Assembly: GCA_025786725.1 (NCBI GenBank)
Contig: JAHLTZ010000011.1
Location: forward strand, 682,001 to 746,000
Length of the DNA stretch: 64,000 bases
Reading direction: 5' to 3'
DNA from: Syncephalis fuscata S228
Taxonomy: Eukaryota; Fungi; Zoopagomycota
Part shown: piece by piece, positions 53,571 to 64,000 of the stretch
Layout of the letters: every line of letters starts with the position of its first letter
Numbering within the stretch: position 1 is the first letter of the stretch
The notes under the pieces: model-generated
Seen by the model: the letters and a program-made list of their open reading frames with translations, nothing else
What the model was told of the DNA's origin: nothing
Databases searched by the model: none
Made by a program: the position numbers and the translations under genes

Positions 53571-56500
53571 TGTAACCGTAGATACAGCGAACTGTTGCGG
53601 TTACTACGAGTCACAATACAATAATGTATATAAAATAAAAATGAATATTGAAAGTGAACTAATGTCTTTATTTGTGGTCATAATCATACGCGTATTTATA
53701 TTGTTCTATTGGATATATGGAATATCTAAGTAGAACAATAAAAGAAAATAAAATAAAAATAAAAGAAAATAAAAGATAAAGATAAAACAATACGCGGTGG
53801 CGGAGTGTTAACTTCATCGTGGACCATGTGTGATGATCGGTGTGTTTAAACACCGATCATAATGTCTAAAAATGGTAATAATAAATGAGAGGGAGAATTT
53901 TTGTTACAATACCCCCCTCCCTCTCAGGCGCTTGTCCCAAGTGCTAATCGTATGTGTGTGGAGTGTTCGTATTGATTTAATAGTTCTTGAGCATTTTGCA
54001 AGTTTTCAATTGGCTCCCAAGAACTGTCATCTTTTGAGTATCCTTTCCATTTTACTAAGTATTCCTCCACGTCATTCATCCCCACTTTTCTTGTTCTTCT
54101 ACCTATTATTCTTTCCACTTCCCACTCAGCTTGTCCTTCAATCATTTCTGGCATAGGCATAGTAATTGCCGTTGGTCGTCCTGGAAATACGTTCGGATCT
54201 TTATACCTGGTAAGCTGAGAGATGTGTATAACTGGGTGAATGCGCATGCCTGGTGGTAGTTCGATCTTGTACGCGGTCGGACTAATGACCTCTATGATAG
54301 TGTACGGGCCAGTTTTACGCGTACGAAGGGCGGAGTTTGACTGTTCTGCTACGTGTCGTGGCATTGTGTGTCGTGTTGACAGCATTACTCGATCACCTAT
54401 TTGGAAGGTGTCATCTCGACGTCGTTGGTTAGCATATTGTGCCTGTCTATCCTGAGCGTACGATATGTTGTCTTTTACCGCCTTTTGTATCGCTTCTAGT
54501 CGCTGTAAAAACTCCTCAGCTGCTGGTACTGTTATATTATCGCTATCAGCTGGCATAGTCGTTGTTATTGGATGACGTCCATATACAGAGAAGAAAGGTG
54601 TAATACCAGTAGTAGCGTTAGTACTATTGTTATAGGCAAATTCTAATGCAGGTAAGTATTTATCCCAATCATCTTGTTGTTGGCTAATAACATGACGTAA
54701 CATTTCTTCGATGGTTCTGTTGGTTCGCTCAGTCTGGCCGTCAGTCTGTGGATGATTTGCAGTTGATCTGGCTAATTTAGTACCGGTAAATTCAAATAAG
54801 GCTTCCCAGAATCGGCTAGTAAATCGTGGGTCACGATCAGAGATTATGGATCGTGGAAGACCATGTAGACGATATACATGGTCGAAGTATAGTCGTGCGG
54901 TGTCAACAGCTGTGACAGTGTTGGTAGTAGGCACGAAGTGGGCTTGTTTACTAAAGCGGTCAACTACTACCATTAACGCATCTGCACCTTTTTCAGTGAG
55001 TGGTAGATGTGTAATAAAATCCATACTAACTGAGTCCCATGCATGTGCAGGTATTTCAAGTGGTTGTAATAAGCCACCTGGTCGTCGATTAGTGGCCTTA
55101 TTACGTTGGCAAGTATCGCAGGAAGTGACATAGCGGTGGACGGTGTTGTGTAGTGATGGCCAGTAAAAATGGCGATGAATAGCCAGGTATGTTTTATCTA
55201 CACCTAGATGGCCGGCTACGATGGCATCGTGATGATCGTGTAGTATATCTTGACGTAATTGGTTATTTTTAGGTACACATAATCGATCACCGTTGAAATA
55301 TAACAATCCATCAGTTAGTCGATACTTGACTAACTTGGTACGAAGAGCTGGAAGTGGCGTTGTCGTATTAAGCTGGGCGTATATTTCACCAAAGTCAACA
55401 TCGTTGGCGTACAAGTTTTTAATTTGATCAATATATGTAAAACTGACAGTAGTTAAACTGGACAGTTGTAAATCAGGCCGTCTGGATAATGAATCGGCTA
55501 CAATATTGTTTTTCCCGGGCTTATATTCGATCAATACGTCATATTCTTGTAATAGTTCTGACCATCTTGCTTGTCTGGTTGATAAATTCGGTTGACTCTG
55601 GAAGTACTGCAAGGTTTTATGGTCAGTATACGCGTGAAATGACGATCCATGTAAGTAGTGGCGCCAAATCTTTAAAGCATCTATTAATGCTAATAGTTCT
55701 TGTTCATGTACCGGATAATTGCGTTCAGCGGGCTTCATTTTGCGCGAATGATAAGCAATGGGGTGCCAATGGCCATCACGATCTTGCTGCAACAAGGCAG
55801 CACCTACAGCAAAGCCAGAAGCATCGGTTTCTACACGGAAAGGCTGATGTACGTCGACTATTTGTAATACTGGAGCTTGGGTCATTGTCTTCTTTAGTAT
55901 ATCAAATGATTTTTGAGCTTCAATGGTCCATAAGAAACGACGATCTTGACATAGTAGATCGGTAAGTGGTGTGGCTATAGCAGAGTAATTTTTAATAAAC
56001 TTTCTATAGTAGTTGGCCAAGCCTGTAAAAGCGCGTATATCAGTGACGTTTCGTGGTGTAGGCCAATCAGAAATGGCCTTTATCTTAGCTGGATCAGCTT
56101 TTACACCATTAGCACATAGCAAATGGCCTAAATATTCAACTTCATCCTTAAATAATTCACATTTTGACCATTTGGCGTATAAGTGGTTGTCGCGAAGTAT
56201 TTGTAATACTTGGCGTAGGTGTCGTTCGTGGTCTTCTGGTGTTTTACTGTAGATGAGAATATCGTCCAAATAGACAATAACACATTTGTCTAGTAATGGC
56301 CTAAATAGATAGTTTACCAGTGTTTGAAAACTGGATGGTGCATTACTTTGACCAAAACTAACTACTAGCCATTCAAAGTGACCATAGCGGGTGCGAAAGG
56401 CCGTCTTGGGTATATCCTCTTCTACTACACGTAGTTGATGATAAGCAGAGCGTAGATCTATCTTAGAAAAGACAGTTGCGCCTAACACTTGGTCGAATAA

Positions 56501-59134
56501 ATCTTCAATCCTTGGCAATGGGTACTTGTTCTTGATAGTGATTTTATTCAGCGCTCGATAATCAACACACATGCGCATACCACCATCTTTCTTCTTGACG
56601 AAAAGAACAGGCGCACCGTAGGGCGATATACTAGGACGAATATATCCCGCGTCAAGTAATTCGGTAAGTTGTGTTTTAAGTTCTTTAAGTTCCAGAGGGG
56701 ACAATCGTATAAGGCGTTACTGGGTGGTGTTGCGCCTGGTATCAAATCGATACGATGATCTAATCCATCACGTTTTGGCGGCAATTGTTTCGGTAGTTTG
56801 TCGGGAAATACGTCAGCAAAGTCGTTGCGTAATCCAGTCAATACTGGAGTGATGGATGGGTCATTTGAGTGATTAGCAGCTTCATTTAGCGGATTATCGG
56901 CTGGTCGTACAATGGCTAGGTGTAATTCATCTGTTCGTTTAGCATAGCGTTTAAATTGTAAGGCAGATAATGGCAATATGGTTGGTTGTCTATGTGCATT
57001 TGCTTGCCATACAATGTGTCGATTATCATGCATAAACGTAACAGTGTTAATTAACCAATCTATCTGTGGATTATAGCGGGCTAGCCACGGTTTACCGAGT
57101 ATTACGTCGTGTTCTAAAGGAACAACCAAAAACGATAAACGGTCTTTGTAACCAGTGGAAGTAAGGAGCGCACCAGCCAGTTGGCGGTCACACGTATACG
57201 AACGGCCATCTGCCACGTGTACGGTCGATGGGTATTTAACTTTATGGGTGTGTGCGCGAATATGTTTCACAAGATTTGCGGATACAAAGTTATCAGCTGC
57301 TCCACTATCTATTAGTACCGTAACTTTTCTACCTAATAAACGAGCATTGATACGTAATAAATCGTGAGCGTGTGGATATTTTGACAATAAACTTTGTTCC
57401 TTTAAAAGTGCATCAGTGTCATCAACAACATTAGCATGAGGAAATAATGGCGCAGAAACAAGCAATTCATCATCAGAAGTAAGCGAGAGAAGATCGGGGG
57501 TGGCATCAACAGAAATAGTATTTAGTTGGGCACCAGTAGGTTGTGATGCTGACACTACTGGTGCTGGACTTTTCCCGTATTCAAAGGACAAAAACGCATG
57601 ATGTGGCCATATTGGCGACAGCGGAAACAGCCGCCGTTTTGTCGTAACGTTTCGCGTTCAGCATCAGTGAGTGGGGGTAACCGATTAATGGTGTCTAGTT
57701 CCATTGGTATAGGGCCATTTCTTGGTTGTGTGTTAATCGGAGGGCGAAACTGTTGTTGTTGCGTTGGACGAGGTGTGTTATGGCGAACGTTGTTAGTTGA
57801 TGATTTGCCAATGTACTTGCGTAACGAATCAAAATGAGTAGCCACTTCTATGGCTGATTGTAATGTAGACGGTGTAGCTTTTTGTACTTCGTATTTAACT
57901 TCGTGATTCAGTCCATTAATAAACATAATACGTAAAGCTAACTGCCACATTTCGGAATCAGGCATAGGAAAAGTGTGCCTTAAATTGTTAAATTCTAACG
58001 TATAATCATTGACACTTTTGTTGGCTTGTCGTAACATGTGAAGACGACTAAAAGCGTCTTCTTCTACCGAAGTACCGGGACAGATGTGTTGGCGTAGTGC
58101 GTGAGCAAACGCACTCCAAGTGGTATATGGATGACTATAGTCACCGTCAGAGTGAATAGTATTACTCTGCCACCAACTAGAGGCAGTGCCATCTAAATAA
58201 GTGGCGGCTACTTCGATGCGTTCAATTTCATCAGGGATATACCTGACATATTGCCGTGCACGGTACAACCAAGTCTCTACTGAAATATCCTTATCATTGC
58301 CGTTGTATCGTGGCGGGGCAGATGGACGAGCAGTAGGAGGGGCAGTGACAGAAGTAGATGGAATAGCGGCAATAGCAGCGGCAGTATTGGCAGCGGCAGT
58401 AACAACAGCATCGGCAGTAGCAGCATTATTTTGGGACACAATTTGCGTTACCAAACTTGAAATAAAGTCAGCGTTGGTAACGAAACTTGTGTTAGGCAAT
58501 TCTGGGTTCATAATGGGTGTTATTTCTTCTTGAGTATCAGTAGTGTATTCGTTCGTGTGGCTTGTGATCGGTGGTTCGTACTGGGTATCGGTGTATTCGT
58601 TCGTGTGGCTTGTGATCGGTGGTTCGTACTGGTTATCTGGGTATCGAAAGGTTACTGGTGGATCTTGGATGAGTTCGTCGGCGAAAGATTGACGGGCTTG
58701 TTCGTGGTCGAAGTATTTCGCACCACGTCGTTGGTTCATATCACTGTAAGTCAAGGCAACGAGGTGGATAGGTTTAAACTACCCGTTGCTACCATATGTA
58801 ACCGTAGATACAGCGAACTGTTGCGGTTACTACGAGTCACAATACAATAATGTATATAAAATAAAAATGAATATTGAAAGTGAACTAATGTCTTTATTTG
58901 TGGTCATAATCATACGCGTATTTATATTGTTCTATTGGATATATGGAATATCTAAGTAGAACAATAAAAGAAAATAAAATAAAAATAAAAGAAAATAAAA
59001 GATAAAGATAAAACAATACGCGGTGGCGGAGTGTTAACTTCATCGTGGACCATGTGTGATGATCGGTGTGTTTAAACACCGATCATAATGTCTAAAAATG
59101 GTAATAATAAATGAGAGGGAGAATTTTTGTTACA
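53571..59134 (-). mobile_element. Chromovirus-type Ty3/Gypsy element C, full length and recent
   Basis: 338-bp LTRs at 53571-53908 and 58797-59134, identical by eye; 5-bp TSD ATAAT (53566-53570 / 59135-59139); PBS 58776-58794; PPT GAGAGGGAGGGGGG. Gag 57555-58739; pol with IDSGA, YLDD, ETDAS, SMDF, GPY and a chromodomain. Confidence 0.97.
57530..57576 (-). promoter_or_regulatory. -1 ribosomal frameshift signal of element C
   Basis: G GGA AAA heptamer, 5-nt spacer, then stem GCACCAGTAG/CTACTGGTGC; pol is in the -1 frame. Confidence 0.85.
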
Positions 59135-60821
59135 ATAATCTTTCGCTGCCTGTAATATACGTGACATAAATGCAACAGGATGTTCATTATTATCGGTTAT
59201 TTGTGATAATACTGCACCAATTGCATAATCAGATGCATCTGTAGTAACGATAAATGGTGCATTAACATTTGGTATAACCAATACCGGTGCTGTAACTATC
59301 GCATTACGTAGTGTGTCAAATGCTGTTATTTTGATTATCTCCCATGTGAATGGCTCATCATTCTTAGTCAATTGACTTAAATGCCGTGCAGTATCAGCAT
59401 ATCCACGAATAAACCGTCTATAATAGCCAGTTAATCCGAGGAAAGAGCGCAGTTCTTTCAGATTGTTTGGTATAGGCCAATTTGCAATAGCCATTACTTT
59501 ATCGTGTAGTGGTCTTATACCCTCGCCACTAACAATATGTCCCAAAAATTCCACCTCATCTTTACCAAATTCACATTTGCTTAATTTGGCATATAATTTG
59601 TTTTCTCTTAGTAATTGTAACACTTGCCGTAAGTGCCACTCATGTTCGGTATGATTTTTACTAAATATTAAAATATCATCCAAAAATACCACTACACACT
59701 TGTCTAGTAATTTATGAAATACATTATGCATTAATCGCATAAATACTGACGGTGCATTAGTCAATCCAAATCCCATCACCGTCCACTCATAATGCCCATA
59801 GCGCGTTCTAAACGCTGTTTTGTGAATATCATCCTCATTTACTCTTATTTGATGATATCCACTTCTCAAATCTATTTTTGAGAATACTTTCGCCCCATGT
59901 AACTGATCGAATAATTCATCGATCAGTGGCAACGCATAACGATCACGAATTGTTTGTGCGTTTAACATTCTGTAATCCACACACATACGTAAATCACCTC
60001 CTTTCTTCCGCACAAATAGTACAGGTGCACCAAATGGTGATGTACTAGGCCTAATAAAGCCTTTTTCTAACAAATCATCGATCTGTTTCTTCAACTCGTC
60101 TAACTCTTTCTTTGCCAGATGGTATGTAGGCCGAAATGGTGGCTGCTGATGTGGCACCAAATTGATACGTATATCAATGTCTCTTTTTGGTGGTAAACCA
60201 GGTGGTAATTCTTCTGGTCCAACATCGGCAAATTCACCCAACAATCGCGCGTAACGGCCATTTAACGATGTATCATTTTTTTCTTTGTTTTCTTTTATCA
60301 TCGCTAATAAAATCATATCATTGGCTTCTGTTTGCTCGACTTCTTCTATTGACATGAATGAAGGCTGAATTTTGTCGGTAATTTCTAATGTACTTTTGGG
60401 TGCTGAATTACAATTAGAATTAATAACACCGGTCTTCCAATCTACTTGCGCTTCATGTTTTCTTAGCCATGGCATACCCAGCACTGCATTATAGTTGCCC
60501 AATTTCATAATAGTAAAATCAATTTGTTCTTTCAGATAATTGAAAATAATAGGCACTTTATTAGCAGTACCAGATACACCGCACTCCATACCATTTCCCA
60601 ACTTTACATTGGCTGAATTTGCTTGTTTCGTAACATGTACTTGAGCCCTCTTGGCAAATTCAATATCCATAAAGTTGGTGGATGCACCAGAATCGATTAA
60701 TACATGGGCTGGAACACCATTGATTTTGAGTGCTACTGTAATTAAACCGGAGCTAGCGCGACCTTGAATGAGTGTAGACTGCTCAAATCCGGGTGGTATC
60801 GGAGTATTAGCGGCAACCTGG

Positions 60822-60868
60822 CCGTCAGTAAGTGTGCCGCACTTAATTACTGACGGTTGTCGTTTCCC
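60822..60868 (-). promoter_or_regulatory. -1 ribosomal frameshift signal of element B
   Basis: G GGA AAC heptamer, 5-nt spacer, then stem CCGTCAGTAA/TTACTGACGG. Confidence 0.85.
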
Positions 60869-61804
60869 TGAATTACGTTGTTGTTTGCTTGGACGTCGAC
60901 ATTTGTTGATTGTAAATCTAAGCTGTTAGATTGCTGTTGATTGTTGTTATCGCGGTTATTGTAATTACGGTTGTTATTGCGATTACAATTTCTGGCTAGA
61001 TGGCCACGTTTGTTACATGTGTAACATCTAGGCCCGTTATTGTAATTTTTACGGTTATTGTAATTACTGCTGTTGCTATTATTAATAAAACCTAAACTAT
61101 TTAAAGCTTGGACTATAGTATCTAAATCCATTGGTGTTGGGCCGTTATTAGATTTAGTTGGTGGTGGTATTAAGTGTTGTAATCCATGTTTCCTTGAGTA
61201 ATAGAAAGCACGTGTGGAAGCGTAAGCTTCGTTGATATTGGTGGGTTTATTATGTATCGAATCGGTTAAGTATTCCGGCGGCAATGTAAGTCGAAATGCC
61301 GTAACCAATTCCATGTCAGCGGCATCTGGAATTCGACTACGCAGTGCTGTGAAATTTGTAATATGTTCTTCAATGTCTTTATCTTCTGTCCAGCGCAATC
61401 GTGTGAGTTCCAAACGCGCGATGTCCGCTGATCGATTGCCACCAAAACGTTCTAAAATTCCGTCCCTTAGTTGTTCCCACGTGCTATATGGCGTATTACC
61501 GCCGCGTATCGATTGATACCAAACTGCCGCTGGTCCCGATAGTTGTTGGGACGCCATTATACGTTTTTGTTCGTCTGTAAATGTACCCAATTCCCATGCG
61601 TCTTCTACCATGTTACACCAATGTTCCACAGGCAAACTGGAATCACCGGTGAACTTTTCGGTGTGTGTGAGTGGTGAGCGGGAATTCGGTGAGAATAAAA
61701 TCGGTCTCAACGTGTACTATATACTGAATCGTAATTTTAAAACAGCGGTGCTTATTTTCAAACACTGATAAGCAAAAATAAAATAAAATTGAAAAGAGGA
61801 CAAT

Positions 61805-61977
61805 GCGACAAACGCGATATACGGTGCGACAAACGCAAAATAACGGTGCGACAAACGCAAAATAAACGGTGCGACAAACGCAAAAATAAACGGTGCGACA
61901 AACGCAAAAATAACGGTGCGACAAACGCAAAATAAACGGTGCGACAAACGCAAAAATAACGGTGCGACAAACGCAAA
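61805..61977. repeat. 22-24 bp tandem repeat in the 5' leader of element B
   Basis: acggtgcgacaaacgcaaaa(a)ta(a), ~7.5 copies, between the PBS and gag. Confidence 0.92.
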
Positions 61978-62174
61978 TACTAGTAACTACCCGTTGCTAC
62001 CAATGTAACAACCGTAAAATAGGATATAATGGAATAAAGATTATCTTTTATTAAACAGAAATTGTGTGTTATTTATAAGCTTTGCGGAGCTTTAATTTAA
62101 GGTGTTGTGGGAAAATAATTGCATAATATTTAAATTATACAATTATTTCCCGTAACGAATATAATATCGTTACA

Positions 62175-62348
62175 GGATGTTATTTCTTTTTGTGACAGTA
62201 GTATTCGTTGGTGAAACTTGTGATCGGTTGTTCGTAATGGGTATTGGTGTGTTGAGAAATCACTGGTAGATCTTGGATGAGTTTGTCAGCAAAAGCGGGG
62301 CTTGTTCGTGGTTAAAGTATTTAGCACCACGACGTTGATTCATATCTG
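62175..62348 (-). pseudogene. Decayed copy of the 5' gag region of a C-family element
   Basis: Aligns with 58515-58745 (e.g. gatcttggatgagt, gggcttgttcgtggt, gcaccacg-cgttg-ttcatatc). Confidence 0.75.
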
Positions 62349-62999
62349 TTGTAGTAAACAGTTGGTTCAATAGGAAACAATTGGATATGAGATAAATGGA
62401 TAATGATTTTGTTTATGTAGTAAATTGTTGCTGTATTTATAGCAATGTAAGTGTATGTAGAAAATACTCGTTTCATTGTAATGGAATGTTGTCGAATGTT
62501 TATTGATGTCATAGGACATCAAAAACATTGGGAAATCTAGATTTCATATTTTGCTTACTATATTTAGTAATTATGATCGGGAAGATCAGGGTGACGTAAT
62601 AATCCCAAATGTCATAAATGCTGAGTTGTGAATCTAAAAATAGAATTTTAACAAAAATAAAGTAGCTGATAATGCCTATTAAAAATACTAAATTATGTGC
62701 TCTTTTATAGTAAAATGAGCTAAGATTAAGAGGTATTTGTAAAGAAAGAACTTGTTTGTTCCTTCCTTTTAATATTGTATATGGGTATTAAGTTACTTAA
62801 AGTAAATTAGTACCCATGTTCTGTACTTAATATGTTAGTTGGGGGTACTAGCCGCGTGTTAAGTAAAAGCTACACAAATGTTGTACCTGACTAGATCACG
62901 TGACTAGATGCCAAATTAATTATAATTACCATATTTGGTAATAGATAAATAATTCAATCATGTGATCAAATTATTATTATTAGTGCCTTCGTAACAATG

Positions 63000-63740
63000 T
63001 GATGGTGGCGTCCACGTCATTTTGAACCACAGCGATAGCATATGTGGGGTATAGATTTTTTGCCGTTGTTTTTGGTGCTATACCAAAGACCAATTCGAAT
63101 GGCGAATAACCAATAGTGTCTTGTCTTCGACTGTTATATTGGTGGGTGATTTGCGGTAGTAATCGATACCAATGTGTCGTGGATGGTCGATCGGTGGCAT
63201 ATTTAGCTAATAGTTCTTTGAGTTTACGATTTGTGCGTTCAACTAGTCCATTAGTTTGAGGGTGATATGGGCTAGATTATGCGTGTGTAATGTCGTGTTT
63301 TTCTAGCAATTTTTTTACTGATCCAGTAAATTCTTTACCATGATCTGTAAGTATTTCAGACGGAATACTGTGACGATTCAAAATTTCTCTTCAATAAACT
63401 GAGCAACTCTAGCAGCTGTATTGGCTCCGATAGCTCTAGTTTTAATCCATTTGGTCAGATAATCGATAGCAACAACAATGTATCGTTTGTTGGTTGAACT
63501 ACGAGGTAGTGTAATTAAATCAATACCGAACCGGTGAAATGGTGCAATAATGGGTATTGGTTTTAATGATTGTACGTGTCGTATTTGCGTCCTTAATTGG
63601 CAGTTACAACAGCCTCGAATATATGCTTGTATATCGCTGTCCATTTATGTCCAAAAATAACGGCGTTTAATTAATTCACACGTACTATGATTGGCAAAGT
63701 GTCCTGCTTCATCATGGTGTAGTTGTAATAGTGTAACTAA
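63000..63740 (-). pseudogene. Decayed Ty3/Gypsy integrase fragment (element D)
   Basis: HHDEAGH...RRYFW, CCNCQ, FHRFGIDL, AIDYLTKW, ILTDHGKEF, YHPQTNGLVERTN, YSPFELVFG; contains stops and frameshifts. Confidence 0.88.
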
Positions 63741-64000
63741 TATTGTCGCACTTTTAACACTTGGTTTATCGTAACAAGAAAGTTGTTATCATTTTACTTG
63801 TTACGCAAACGCTACATGTTACAATTATAATCATACATTAATTGTTTTTTGTATGGTTATAATTCTATTATTTCGTACTAATTATTAAATGTAAGCTTAG
63901 TCTAACAATCACTGCTAGACTGAGATAATCAGAAAAGACTCTAAATTCAGTAATAAAGAGAATAAATTTAAAGTAAAAAATACTTGTACCATTTTGTCGC

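Larger units (their letters stand above)
51596..62174 (-). mobile_element. Chromovirus-type Ty3/Gypsy element B, interrupted by element C
   Basis: 171-bp LTRs at 51596-51766 and 62004-62174 (TG...CA); PBS 61985-62002; PPT next to 51767. Gag 60847-61710; pol ~60860-59135 plus 53570-51781, with FLDD RT, GPF motif and a C-terminal chromodomain (EYEVESIL...YLVKWKGY). Confidence 0.95.

Noticed and set aside
61643-61976. Repeat-derived ORFs / CRISPR-like array in the B leader
   Set aside because: Simple tandem repeat without spacers; ORFs open in all three frames are artefacts.

Overview
Eukaryotic, AT-rich, intron-dense fungal DNA. The gene content, short introns with CTAAC branch sites, a minor-spliceosome intron and Fanzor remnants suggest an early-diverging fungus (Zoopagomycota/Mucoromycota); this is inference, not a database match. 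Left 46 kb, in order: the 3' end of a probable kinesin-4, a ~4.4 kb fold-back repeat region, a small secreted protein, three class-3 secreted lipases, MSH6, an alpha/beta-hydrolase with a substituted catalytic site, PFK-2/FBPase-2, a TMEM198-like protein, two back-to-back Fanzor (eukaryotic TnpB-like) 3' remnants, mitochondrial SSB, a SET protein, a TMEM135-like protein, a DHHC palmitoyltransferase, a ZIP transporter, STE24 and a secreted repeat protein. Right 17 kb: a nest of Ty3/Gypsy LTR retrotransposons, in which chromovirus C sits inside chromovirus B, which truncates element A, plus two more remnants. Most notable: (1) two divergent Fanzor C-terminal remnants, both ending in a hairpin + TAGGA(C/G)TCAAAGT motif (candidate omegaRNA/element end); (2) an AT-AC U12-type intron in MSH6; (3) an RPA32-binding-like helix plus a PIP box at the MSH6 N-terminus; (4) nested covarying inverted repeats interleaved with six splice-acceptor-like cassettes at 3.1-4.3 kb. 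Many single-base frameshifts fall in short homopolymers and are probably assembly errors. All alignments and translations were done by eye.
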